A stretch of DNA of 64,000 bases from Phyllobates terribilis (taxonomy: Eukaryota), in assembly GCF_046119375.1 (NCBI RefSeq), contig NW_027362771.1, forward strand, positions 155,434,001 through 155,498,000, in the 5' to 3' direction. The position numbers and the translations under genes were made by a program. Positions 26,393-38,878 of this stretch are shown one piece after another; positions within the stretch are counted from its first letter, which is position 1, and each line of letters starts with the position of its first letter. Under the pieces are notes generated by a model. That model ran no database searches. It was not told the DNA's origin and saw only the letters and a program-made list of their open reading frames with translations.

Positions 26393-29300
26393 TAACCCCT
26401 TCACCACCACCACCAAAACCACCACCCCCTCAGCCTGTTTTCACCTCCCTTACCAGGCCGAAATTTTACAATTCTGACCACTGTCACTTTATGAGGTAAT
26501 TACTCTGGAACGATTCAACTGATCCCACTGATTCTGAGACTGTTTTTTTTGGGACACACTGTACTTAATTTAATCCGACATTTTTTGCATTAATGTGTGA
26601 AAAGATCGGAATTTTGGCGAATATTTTGCAGTTTTCAAACTTAATTTTTATGCCCTTAAATCAGAGAGATATGTCACAGAAAATAATTAATAAACAACAT
26701 TTCCCACATGTCTACTTTACATCAGAACAAATTTTGAAACAATTTTTTTTGTTAGGAAGTTAGAAGGGTGAAAAGTTGACCAGCGATTTCTCATTTTTCT
26801 GACAAAATTTACAAAACCATGTGACCACATCACATATCAAGGGACTTTGTGGGGTCTATAGGACAGAAAATACCCAAAAGTGACACCATTCTGAAAACTG
26901 CACCCCTGAAGGTGCTCAAAATCACATTCAAGAAGTTTATTAACCCTTCAAGTGCGTCACAGGAATTAAAGCAATGTAGAAGGAAAAAGAAATAAAATTT
27001 AAATTATTCCCATAAAAATGTTGATTTAGCCCCAAATTTAACATTTTCACAAGAGTAAACAGGAGAAAATGCACAGTACAATTTGTTGTGCAATTTCTGC
27101 TGACTACATATGTACTGGAAAACAACTGTTTGGGCACACCGCAGGGCTTAGAAGGGAAGGAGCGCCATTTCATCTTTGGAGTACAAAATTGGCTGGAATA
27201 GAAAGCGGACGCCATGTCGCGTTTGCAGAGCATCTAATATGCCTAAACACTGGAAAGCCCCAAGCGACCCCATTTTGGAATCTACACCCTCAAGGAATTT
27301 ACCTAGATGTGTGGTAAGCACCTTGAACCCTCAGGTGCTTCACAGAATTTTATACCGTTGAGTGATGAAAATACGTTTTTCCCACAAAAGTTAGTTTTGC
27401 CCCAAATTTTTAATTTTCACAATGGTATGGAGAAAACGGTCCATACAATTTGTTGTGCAATCTCTCCTCAATACACAGATACCCCATTGGTGGTGGAAAA
27501 CTACAGGGCTCGGAAGGGAAGGAGCGCCAACTGGATTCTGGAGCTCAAATTTTGCTGAAATAGATTGCAGACGCCATTGTCACATTTGAAGAGCCCCTGA
27601 CATGTCAAAAACAGCAGAAACTCGCACAAGTGACCCCATTTTGGGAACTACACCTCTTGAGGAATTCATCTAGGGCTGTAGTGAGCATTTTTAACCTTCA
27701 TGCGATTTACAGAATTGTATAACATTAGGATGAGTCAATGGAAAATTACCATTCTTTCCACTAAAATGTTGCTTTGGCTCCAAGTTTTTCATTTACAAAA
27801 GGGATAATAGGAGAAAATGAACAATACAATTTGTTACACAATTTCTCCTGAGTGCACCAATACCCTACATGTAATCGGGAACTACTTTTCAGGCACAGTG
27901 GAAAGCTCAGATGGGAAGGAGCGCCATACTGGAGTTCAGATATTACTGCTATTGTTTGCGGGTGCCATGACCCACTGGAAGAGCCCATGAGTGACCCCAT
28001 TTTACAAACTACACCCCTCAGTGAATTCATCTAAGGGTGCAGTGATCATATTAACACCACGGGTGTGTCACAGAATTTTATACCATTGGCAGTGAAAAAA
28101 ATATAATTACATTTTTACCACAAAAATTTTGTTTTAGCCCCAAACTTTACATTTCCACATGGGGACATGAATAAAAATGGCCCCAAAATGTGTCACACAA
28201 TTTCTGCTGAACATGTAATTACCACATATGTGGCTGTGTTTATCCACACGCCGAAACTCGGGAGGGAAGGAGTGCTATTTAACTCTTGTAGAACAAATTA
28301 TCATAGAATAGTTTGCGGACTCCATATACAGAGCCCTCAAGTGCCAGAAGAGCAGAATCGCCCTCAAGTGACCTCATTTTGGAAATTATACCCCTTTGTG
28401 AATTTATGTAAAGATGTAGTAACGATTTTGACTCCATGTGTGTCTTCCAGAAACAAGCAGTAGTGGAAGTTGCCGAAAGAAAATTTCAAATCTGCCACTG
28501 TAGTGCCCAGTACATTATGCCCAGCTTCTGCTCCTGGAGACATGCACCCGTAAATTAGGCGGGCTCTCATCACTACAGAAATGCCAAACGTGTGGACGCT
28601 AAAAGTGGTTTAAACAAAAGGGGTGGGGTGGAAACGCGCAATACTTGTGTGAACCTGTATAAAGATAGAGTGCGCGTGCAGATACAGTGGTCTGCTCACC
28701 TCGATGGGTTGTGCAGACCACACAACCCGAGTTAAACAGCAACTGGCGCTGATAGCGCTGCCACGATGTCTTCAGCGTCTCCTCTGGGTTAGCAGGCGGA
28801 ACTTCCAATCACGTGGCTCCAAATGTGGATCACGCGGGTGGTGACATCATGCAGGTCCTGCAGCTAGAGATGTATCCAGATCTCCACAGCCCCGAGCCAC
28901 AACTCCCAACGGGAAAGGTGAACAGTAGGCAAAATGAAGTGGTCAGTGGGGCGCTAGAAACTGAATAAGGCGCTGGGGGAGATTAAATAAAAACAAACCT
29001 CTTTATTGATATTCTTATGCCCACTTATGGGCATAAGAATATCAATAAAGAGGTTTGTTTTTATTTCATCTCCCCCCCAGCGCCTTATTCAGTTTCTAGC
29101 GCCCCACTGACCACTTCATTTTGCCTACTAAAAGTGGTTTAGGCACATTGTGGGGCTCAGAAGCGCAGAATTCGCTGATTAATTTTGGCGGGCGAGGAGA
29201 GATAGTGCTTTTCCAGAGCCTTTGTGCTACCAGTAAGGTGGAAGCCACTATATTTCCATTAACAGATGACGGACCCGAGTGGGGACTTGCTTTTTTTTGT

Positions 29301-30130
29301 GGAAGGAGTTGAAGCTTTCATTGGGAACAATTTTACATAACATTTGGGATCACATTTATCCTGTGCTCTATGCTGAGCACTTACATTGGGGTTTCCATCT
29401 AAATCTCCGAATGCCGTGATTCAGATGAAACCCCCAACTATAATGAGACAGCAGAGCTACCCTGGACTCAGTCTGGCCTCTGTTTGGCATTGTCCTTCTT
29501 TTCAGAGGTTCACAAAACTGTGGCCGACCGCGCTTTTATACACGCAAAAAAAAAACAAAAAAAGACGACACCACCAGATCATAGGCCAGCTGGTGTCCAC
29601 AGTGACTCCATCGGCCTCATTATAGGGAATCTTCCGCCGGGGGTTCCGTCTGAAACATGTATTTCAGAGATTTACACGGAAACCCCGGTGTAAGCGCTCA
29701 GCGCAGGATAAATGTGAGTAGAGCCTTACTGCGATCCCTGGGAGGCAGAAAGAGCAAATCAGCAGCAGGTGAAGAATTGGTTTTATTTGTTTTTTAAGCT
29801 GTTCCTCGTGCAGTATAAAAGTGATTAGACAACTTCATTCTTCGGGTCTGTGCGATTACAGCGATATCAGATTTATATAATTTTTATTGTTTGGCTGCTA
29901 TCACACATTAAAAGACGATTTTTTTTTTTTTGCAAAAAAAAAAAAAATTTGTTGCCATATTTTGAGATAATTTTTCCATATTTCGTCTGACAGTCAAATG
30001 AGGGTTTGATTTTTGAGGGACGACTTGTCGGGCACATAACATTTTTTGATCGCTTTCTATTCCGGTTTTTGGGAGGCAGAATGAACAAAATCCAGCAGTT
30101 TTTATTTTATTTTATTTTTTTAACAAATGG
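26393..30130. mobile_element. Long piggyBac-like non-autonomous repeat in TMBIM4 intron 3
   Basis: Starts TTAACCCCTTC (TTAA then CCC, piggyBac-style terminus); collinear with 15900-19760; interrupted by an insertion at 28613-29127; right boundary approximate. Confidence 0.65.
28613..29127. mobile_element. 515-bp insertion with a 14-bp target duplication and a terminal ~100-bp fold-back; possibly a Penelope-like retroelement fragment
   Basis: CTAAAAGTGGTTTA at 28599-28612 and 29128-29141; inverted arms 28924-29023 and 29028-29129. The family call is inference. Confidence 0.55.
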
Positions 30131-30181
30131 TAAAAGTGATAAGATAAATCAGCAGTTTCCACTAACAAATAAGGTAAAGTA

Positions 30182-30779
30182 ACGTATTTTTCGGACCATA
30201 AGACGCACTTTTTCCCCCCCAAAATTAGGAGGAAAATGGGGGGTGCGTCTTATGGTCCGAACCTTACCACATATTTGCGGTGGTGGGTGCGGCAGCGGCA
30301 GGGCCGATGCAGCAGAGCAGCGGTGGGTGCGGCGGCGAGGCAGAGCGGTGGCGAGGCAGAGTGTATGTGCAGCGCTGCGGCAGAGCGGCGGTGGGTGCAC
30401 AGTGATCTACAGGAAAATGGCCGCCCGAGCCGGTGCATGCGCCGTCTGGGAGCTCGGGCGGCCATTTTTCTGTGGCTCACAGCTTCATGAAAACGGCCGC
30501 GGCCGCTGGAAAGCCGCACCGCAGAACCCACCACCGCTTTGCCGCACCGCTGCAGCCACCGGACAGCAGCGCACGCCACACCACAGGCCCCAGGCCACAC
30601 TTCCGCCGGCTTCCTGAAGGACGCTGCCTCCTGTGACCCTCACGCCCCCCAGGTAAGATACCTAATCAGACTATAAGATGGACCCCCATCTTATAAAAAA
30701 TATTTTTTTTCCTATTTTACACCCCAAAATTTGGGGTGCGCCTTATGGTCCGGTGCGTCTTATAGTCCGAAAAATACGG
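30182..30779. mobile_element. Tc2/pogo-type MITE with a GC-rich core
   Basis: Termini (C)CGTATTTTTCGGAC.ATAAGACGCAC inverted at both ends, TA flanks. Confidence 0.8.
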
Positions 30780-32126
30780 TAAATGGCGGTGAATTCAAAC
30801 AAAATGTTTATCTGCAAGTTACAATGGTTAATCATTAAAAGGGGTTTTCTCAAGAACAAAGTACAACTTAATCAATAGATCTTGGAATAATAATAATTTC
30901 CACAATTGGATGTGTTCAAATAAAATGTCCCTGTGCTGAGATAATCTTATAAATGTTCCCCTGCTGTGTACTGTGTAATGGCTGCGTCTGACCGTACAGG
31001 AACATGGTCTGATCATACCACATCTCCTGGACGGGGGAGGATGCAAAAGAGTATACAGACATTACAGCAGGGGATCACAGCTGCCGCTTTCTGTGAGGTA
31101 AAACAAGAGTCATACATCAGCTGAGAAAAGCTCAGGAAAAAAAAAAAAGTTAAATTTTTTTCCCGTAAGATTGTCAGAACGAGCTCACTGATTCTCATAT
31201 AAAGTAGTCAGCAACTTTCTCTTGTTGGTCAGTTTGTGAAGAAAAACTACACTAGCACTTCTGTCCATAATATGGCTGCTGGTGGAGGAGCAGGTGACCA
31301 GACCTGTCTGTCAGCCTCCTGAAAGCAGCTTTCCCATGTGAGGTGCTTTACAACTGGAGGAGACTGATGGATAGGTCTGGTCACATGCTCCTCCTCCAGC
31401 AGCCATTTTATGGACAGAAATGGTCAGTTTGGGAGGAAACTTGTACTGACAATAGAAAATGGCTGAGAATCCGTCATTGAGCTCGTTCTGTCAGTCTAAC
31501 AGGAAAGTGTGTAACCCTTACCTGTCTTTTTCAACGCTTCTCCAAGCAGAATTATGGCCACAGGCTACATTAAAGTCAGGGGCGTACTGCCCATTACAGC
31601 ACACCATGCAGCCGCTATGGGGCCCGTGAGTTAAAGGAGCCCGATGCTGTTCAATAGTATCTGTAACCTTAAAAAAGGTTTCAACTATTGCGTCTGTGTC
31701 TCAGTGCAGCTGGTGCAATGAGGTCACTACATCACACCTACCGCATAGTGCTCCGACTGAAGCACTGCATCAGAGAACTGGGGCGAGTGGGGGACATCCT
31801 ACTGTATGGGGAGCTGTGGGAACATCATACTGTGTAGGGGTCACTGGGATCTCAATGTGTGTTGGCATAATACTGTGGAGTGGAGGTCACTGTGGGGATT
31901 GCGTACTGTGTGTGGGGGAACGGAACACATCATACTGTGTTGAGGACATCATGTTTTGCCAGGGCCTTTGTGGAGTCATCATACGGTACTGTGCAAATTG
32001 GGGGTACTGAGGGGGAATCATAGTTTGTTGGATGCATTTTATGTTGGCAACATACTCTATGGGGGGGTCGTAAAAGGACTAGGTGAGGACAGTAAAGGTA
32101 TTCAATAGAGACACAATTACTATGTA

Positions 32127-33705
32127 CAGTGAAGGAAATAATTATTTGATCACTTGCTGTTTTTGTAAGTTTGCCCACTGAAACACATGAACAGTCTATA
32201 ATTTTAAGGGTAGGTTAATTTTAACATTGAGAGATAGAAAATCCAAAAAAAAACAAGAAAATCACATTGTATAAATTAGATAAAATTATTTGCATTTTAC
32301 AGTGAGAAATAAGTATTTGATACATCTGGCAAACAACACTTAATACTTGGTGGCAAAACCCTTGTTGGCAAGCACAGCAGTCAGACGTTTTTTGTAGTTG
32401 ATGATGAGGGTTGCGCACATGTCAGGAGGACTTTTGGTCCACTCCTCTTTGTAGATCATCTCTAAATCATTAAGATTTTGAGGCCGTTGCTTGGCAACTC
32501 AGAGCTTCAACTCCCTCCATAAGTTTTCTATGGGATTAAGGTCTGGAGACTGGCTAGGCCACTCCATGACCTTAATGTGCTTCTTTTTGAGCCACTCCTA
32601 TGTTGCCTTGGCTTTATGTTTTGGGTCATTGTCTTGCTGGAAGACCCAGCCACGACCCATTTTTAATGCCCTGGCGGAGGGAAGGAGGTTGTCACTCAGG
32701 ATTTTACGGTACATGACTTCATCCATTCTCCCATTGATGCGGTGAAGTAGTCCTGTGCCCTTAGCAGAGAAACACCCCAAAAACAATGTTTCCACCTCCA
32801 TGCTTGACAGCGGGGATGGTGTTCTTTGGGTCATAGGCAGCATTTCTCTTCCTCCAAACACGGCGAGTTGAGTTAATGCCAAAGAGCTCAATTTTTGTCT
32901 CATCTGACCACAGCACCTTCTCCCAATAACTCACAGAATCATCTAGGTGTTCATTGGCAAACTTCAGATGGGCCTGCACATGTGCCTTCTTGAGCAGGGG
33001 GACCTTGCGGGTACTGCAGGATTTTAAGCCTTTAAGGCGTAATGTGTTACCAATGGTTTTCTTGGTGACTGTGGTCCCAGCTGCCTTGAGATCATTAACA
33101 AGTTCCCCCCCGTGTAGTTTTAGGCTGATCGCTCACTTTCCTCATTATTAAGGATACCCCACGAGGTGAGATTTTGCATGGTGCCCCAGATCGATGTCGA
33201 TTGACAGTCATTTTGTATTTCTTCCATTTTCTTACTATTGCACCAACAGTTGTCTCTTTCTCACCCAGCATCATACTTATGGTTTTGTAGCCCATTCCAG
33301 CTTTGTGCAGGTCTATGATCTTGTCCCTGACATCCTTAGAAAGCGCTTCGTTCTTGCCCATGTTGTAGAGGTTAGAGTCTGACTGATTAATTGAGCCTGT
33401 GGACAGGAGTCTTTTATACAGGTCACTATGTAAGACAGCTGTCTTTAATACAGGTAACGAGTTGATTAGGAGCATCTAACTGGTCTGTAGGAGCGATAAT
33501 GGTTTGTAGGGGGATCAAATACTTATTTCTCACTGCAAAATGCAAATACATTTATCTAATTTATACAATGTGATTTTCTTGATTTTTTTGGGATATTCTA
33601 TCTCTCAATGTTAAAGTTAATCTTAAAATTATAGACTGTTCATGTCTTTGTCAGTGGGCAAACTTACAAAAATAGTAAGGGATCAAATAATTATTTCTTC
33701 CACTG
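32127..33705 (-). mobile_element. Full-length but decayed Tc1 transposon (transposase ATG at 33361, [16 protein letters not shown]...)
   Basis: TA flanks; long TIRs CAGTG.A.GAAATAATTATTTGATC; [11 protein letters not shown] and QQDNDPKH motifs split by frameshifts. Confidence 0.92.
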
Positions 33706-35296
33706 TAAATGTCACAATGCATGTCCCTCTCCCCGTCTTTAAGGGTGCGTGCCCATGATCAGGAATAGCAGAGTTTTGGATGCAGCTCACCTGCAATCTC
33801 ATGCCCACTGTGCTTCTATTTGACAACGCATGAACTCACCCGTGGCGCGGCTTTACAGGCAGCAGCATGTCAATTTCTGTTGCAGAGAAGCTAGTTTCCG
33901 CAACAGAAATTTACACAATAGAATGTATAGAATGCGGTAAATCAACAAATACATGCGGATTTACCTGTGTGATCGGACGCAGCGAAAATTCACTGCGTCC
34001 AAAGCGCGGCTATAGGCTGATCGTGGTCATATAGCCTTAAAGTTGGGAGGTATGCCCTTCTGAGATCGCGGATATGCCTACTTTTTTTTTTTGTAGGTGG
34101 GAGGAGAGTTTAATTAGGACGTTTGCAATGATTTTTTCTGTATGCCTCTGATTAAAGTTGAATCTACAGGGAAACAAAGCCTATAAAAGCCAAAAAGTGT
34201 AACATTTGTAATTAAACCCAACTGCAAAAATTATTTTAGCCATGATGAATGCATTTAAAAAATAAAAAAAAAGAAGAGAAATGAACATTCCCTCTTCTAT
34301 GGATTTGCGACCTGCAACTGTGACATAAGAGTTACAAATGTATCCAAATGCGTAGGATTTATTTATCTGTCACTGGTTGAAAGTTGCATGTGACTTACTT
34401 GCTATAGATTTCAATGTAAGTCATATGCAACTGAAATTTGTATGCGTCGTCTCCCCCATCCACCCACACCCCTTTAGCAAAATCACAGTTGGAGGAACGC
34501 AAGACTGAGGCTCACAAGAAAAGTGTGAGCACAGATTAAGCTTCAAACTTCACACTTTCTGTCTGTACAGTTAACTCCTTGGCGTGAATGGATGTACAAG
34601 TACATCCACGCTGGGGTCCACATGTGTGGAGGGGGCTTAGTAGCTGAGCCCTCCATACACAGCAGACACTAACAGTAGCTTGCTCTGATCACTGCTATTT
34701 AACCATTTAGATGCTGATATCAATCTCTGACTGCAACATTTCAATGAAACAGTTGTGGGGTGATGATGGGTTTTCGTGGCATTTGGGGGCTGGTGAAGGA
34801 AAAAAAAAAAAAGTTTTGGCTCTTAGAAAAAAGGGGAGAAAAAAAATTAATTGCTCAGTCCTCAAGGGGTATTAACAGTCATTCTTAATGTTTAAGAAAG
34901 TATCCTGAAACAAAGAATAAGTGTCATAATTCATTACTTACATTGTCTAATTCTGCACGGTAGAAACAGCAGGCTTTAGGTTGTCGGAATCTGACATTTA
35001 AGTTCCTGCTTGTGTAACAGAATATCGTTTGTGGTTCAGGGTCGTCTACCGGGCATTAGCAATGGTAGTGCCACGTGGCACTATGAGCTTTAAATGGCTG
35101 CACTCTGCATGTAGAACTGGAGCAGAAATAGTAGCTTCTCTCCAGACAGCTTTGTCATGGAAGCCATATGAACCTGGTAATGACACCCCCCAAACATACT
35201 GACGCTACACCCGCCTCGTGTGCTTCATCTGACGAGGAATACACACTACACACATGATTTACAAGACAATCGTATAGAAGAAGAAACCATGCTCAC

Positions 35297-35402
35297 AAAT
35301 CCAAACAGCAGGTACAGGTTCACAGGGTGCTGATGTCTGTAAATTGTCAGAGCGATGATTGTACCCAAGGATCCAAGAGCAGAGATCAAAAGCAAGGCCG
35401 GG
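35297..35402 (-). CDS. TMBIM4: TMBIM4 exon 3 (SPALLLISALGSLGTIIALTIYRHQHPVNLYLLFGF)
   Basis: 106 bp, tgcAG/GTgagc boundaries; conserved P.NLYLL motif. Confidence 0.97.
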
Positions 35403-36181
35403 CTGCATATGAAAGAAAACAGGAGCTTATGTGACAGTGCCACCTATGTATGGCAGATGATCAATGCAGAATGTTTACGTACTTATTCTTAAGGGCACCT
35501 GTCAGTAGGATCAACCCTCCTATGCCAGTGTGAGACATGTAGATCAGCAAAACAGACCGTCAGTCATTACATGTCTCACACAGGTAACTCCCCCTTTGAT
35601 GTAATATGAGCTCTGGAGGCAAATTCTCTTAACAGCTCATTTACATATTAAGAAAAACGTGGATTTCTCTGGAATAAGACATCAGATCGCAGATAACAAG
35701 AAGTCATTTTATTCAACTTCCTAAGACCTACATGCCATTCTGTGCAGCCCCCGACCTTCCCTGAATCCTCTGCGTTCAGTAACTCTCAAACTATGAGGAC
35801 AAATGTGCTTATTGTATGGTCATCTTGGCTCTATTTCTGGAATTCTAAATAGGGGGACAGAGGACCCTTTGTCGACAATACAGGAAATTTCAGAAATGGG
35901 ACCCCCACACATTAGATTATGGTAACCTCGATAAATACTTCAGATTAGAATATCCTTTCAAATTCTATGCAGCCCTTAGGAGTGGAACAATCACAAAACT
36001 TGACACTCGGACCGAAAAGGGTTGTGTGTCTCTCGTCTAAAGTGTATGGGGGGGGCTTTATAAACGATTATTGAATAAACCATTAATTTCATTCATTACA
36101 TATGGCATATACATAAAGCAACCACAGACTTTACAGGATGACATTAGCCCAATAAGTACCCCCCTTCCCCACATAAATTAA

Positions 36182-36574
36182 AGGGAATAGGTCAACAGGT
36201 CTGTGCTAATCTGAAGACAGCAGGAAATAGAGGCTGAAACACAGATTTCAGGGATGTGTCACTTGTCAAAGTGCATGCTGTAGTTTACTAACCATGAAGG
36301 ATTTATCACTAAGAGATTAACATTGCTGGACTAGTCCACCAACACCCCCTTTTCCCTGTTATACGCAGCTCACTGTATATTGACTTTAAACATAGAGAGC
36401 CTGGTGGGGGCGGGATTAGCTTTCTCAGCTTTGCTTCATTCTAAATCTAAAAGCTCAGATTATGTCAACAGCTGCAACCAGTAAACTATGTGACACATCC
36501 TTGGATTCAGGATCTCTTTGCCTACATCACGCTGCTCTCAGATGAGGTAGCCAAAACCTACCGACAGATTCCCT
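36182..36574. mobile_element. T2/Kolobok-type MITE in TMBIM4 intron 2
   Basis: TTAA|AGGGAATAGGTC...GACAGATTCCCT|TTAA. Confidence 0.75.
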
Positions 36575-36699
36575 TTAAGTTGGTATATGGCAGTATAGCT
36601 TTATTTCAACTACACTAAAATGTGTAATCTGCAGAAACAGAAGTCAGATATAGTGTCCACCGCCCACAGTATCTCAAGAGCAAATATAAACCAACCCAC

Positions 36700-36808
36700 C
36701 TTTCATGAACAAACGAACGGACAGCATCAAAATACAGGAATATTCCCGCTGTGATGGTGGTCAGGAGAACTTGTACTGTCAGTATAGTATAGACCTTCCG
36801 GAGGAAAT
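36700..36808 (-). CDS. TMBIM4: TMBIM4 exon 2 ([36 protein letters not shown])
   Basis: 109 bp, cacAG/GTgggt boundaries; FLRKVY..L..Q motif of TMBIM proteins. Confidence 0.97.
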
Positions 36809-37228
36809 CTGTGCCATAGGACAGAAGGCAAGGAGACAGACAGGAGAGAGAGCACGTCATTCACAGAGGAACTGCTACACAGGCGTCCTGCATCACAAAT
36901 GGGCAACTTACATATCAAATAGTGGCGACCCCGACACCCAAAATCCCAAGATCAGGGCATTATGGTGACACCCAGCAGTGCTAGGTCATTGCCAATATTA
37001 GACTAAATGACAATGTGACGGCCAATATATAACAATGGTGGAGATGTGATTGCGATCTAGTATGAATAGTGTCACAAGCGCTGTGGAGTCAGGGACAAAA
37101 AGGACATTTATATTAAAGGGGCGCTCCACTACTGCCCCCAATGTGCTGAGCAGTAAAGTACCCCCTTTATATATGACCCCAGGAGTTGGGAGGATTACAC
37201 AGCCTGGGAAACACGGATACGTTCTCAC

Positions 37229-37322
37229 CCATACGGATCTGCAGACTGGCCGAAGCCACGTTGGTCCCATAATTAAAGTCATCCTCGATGGAGGAGCGGG
37301 GATAGCGATCTGCAGCCGCCAT
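37229..37322 (-). CDS. TMBIM4: TMBIM4 exon 1 coding part ([31 protein letters not shown])
   Basis: ATG at 37322, donor GTGAGA at 37228; the seven exons sum to 714 nt (237 aa plus stop) in one frame; [13 protein letters not shown] is diagnostic of TMBIM4/GAAP. Confidence 0.97.
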
Positions 37323-37329
37323 TATCAGC

Positions 37330-37760
37330 AGAGCGTCACTGTAGTCTGTCACATCCGGGACACTTCCTGGTCACTGTGCTCAGCCTACGCAGCTGGCCGT
37401 CGTCCTCCTGAGAGCGGCTCTGACACGTGACCTCGGTGGAAAGCTCAGCTGACTATGAGCCAAGTCTGTAGCAGAGGAGATGAGATGACGTTACGGACCC
37501 GCGGACCCGCACACCCGCTGGTAAACGTGCACGAGCGGCTGGTTTACCTGCTGATGCGGGTCATAAGGTCATTGGCCGGTGCAGGCAGTGAGCAACTCTG
37601 GTTGTTGCCAGATGGCATTCATGAATCACGTGATGTCTTCTGAAATTTTTACTGCGCAGTTTGGATAGACTCCAGGAAAATGGCGGCGGTTCAGTTTTGT
37701 AGAAGACACTGATTTTTTACAGTTTTGCCTCTAGTGTCCGTTGAGAGCGCACCTTTCCCT
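37330..37760. promoter_or_regulatory. CpG-rich bidirectional promoter between TMBIM4 and (probably) LLPH
   Basis: ETS-like CACTTCCTGG (~37360), E-boxes CACGTG (~37425 and ~37628), ATTGG (~37572), TGCGCA (~37653), YY1-like AAAATGGCGGC (~37677). Confidence 0.7.
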
Positions 37761-37844
37761 AGTGTGGAGCGTAGCCGGGGCCGTCCACTCTACAGCGTGG
37801 GACCTGCGTGTCGTGCTGAGGCCGTGGAGAAGTTCGCTGTGCTG
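37753..37844 (+). other. LLPH: Candidate non-coding exon 1 of LLPH
   Basis: Pyrimidine initiator-like CCTTTCCCT at ~37753 and donor CTG|GTATGT at 37844/37845; the LLPH coding exon at 58769 has an acceptor just 5' of its ATG, so an upstream exon is required. Confidence 0.5.
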
Positions 37845-38649
37845 GTATGTCACATGTATTATCAGGATATATACCTGCTATATGTATATATGAGACATGC
37901 TGGGTAGGCTGCTCATGTTACTGCTAAGGTCGCCATTGGTTTCATGAAGGCATATGGTCGGCTTATATTCCAAATGCCTTTATCTACAAAATCTATACAG
38001 AAAACTAGTCAGTGGCCTAAATCACACGAGTCCTGTTTATGCCTCCTAAGGATAGATCACGCGCTGCTGATGGTTTATGGGGCTGTTCACATGTCTGGGT
38101 TTTCTTGCGAATTGAGTTCTGGAAAAAAAAAAAAAAAAGCCATCTTCCGAGACCTGTAGTGTCTCCATTTTTTGGCATCTGGGGCCGGGTGAGGACTTAT
38201 GATTTTTGCGCGCCAAGCTGCCGTTTTTATTGATAAAATTTTGGATTAGATAAGATTTTTTGATCGCATTTTATTGCAGTGTCGCGGTGACCAAAAAAAC
38301 ATTCAGGTATTATGTTTTTTTCTCTCGTTACGCCGTTAACCGATTTGATTGTTTTTATATTTTGATCGGGCGTTTCTGAACATTGATACCAAATCCCATG
38401 TAATTTTTTTTTCATTATTATTTTGAATAGGGCAAAAGGGGGTTGATTTGAACATTTATAATTTTTTAAAACACTTTTTTTTTCTACATTTTACTTGCTT
38501 CAATAGTCCCCTTAGGAGACTTGAAGCTGCGATCGTCTGATTGCTTGTGCTACATATAGCAGGACTTCAGCAATGGATAGCATAAGGGGGTGCAGTATGT
38601 CCAGGGTGATGTGAGGGGAGGGGGTGCGGTCAGTCTGGACTATCTGCAC

Positions 38650-38878
38650 CCCTTCTCCCCGCATCGCCCTTGACTGAGTGTGCCCTTCTCCCCGCATCGC
38701 CCTTGACTGAGTGTGCCCTTCTCCCCGCATCGCCCTTGACTGAGTGTGCCCTTCTCCCCGCATCGCCCTTGACTGAGTGTGCCCTTCTCCCCGCATCGCC
38801 CTTGACTGAGTGGGCCCCTCTCCCCGCATCGCCCTTGACTGAGTGTGCCCCTCTCCCCACATCGCCCTTGACTGACTG
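38650..38878. repeat. 33-bp minisatellite, 7 units (CCCTTCTCCCCGCATCGCCCTTGACTGAGTGTG)
   Basis: Read directly; explains the repetitive ORFs at 38512-38906. Confidence 0.95.

Noticed and set aside
30149-30636. GC-rich ORF cluster resembling a CpG-island exon
   Set aside because: It is the core of a Tc2/pogo-type MITE bounded by TIRs.
37323-37352. N-terminal extension [10 protein letters not shown] on TMBIM4 in the ORF track
   Set aside because: That codon is GTG, not ATG; the ATG at 37322 gives the conserved protein length.
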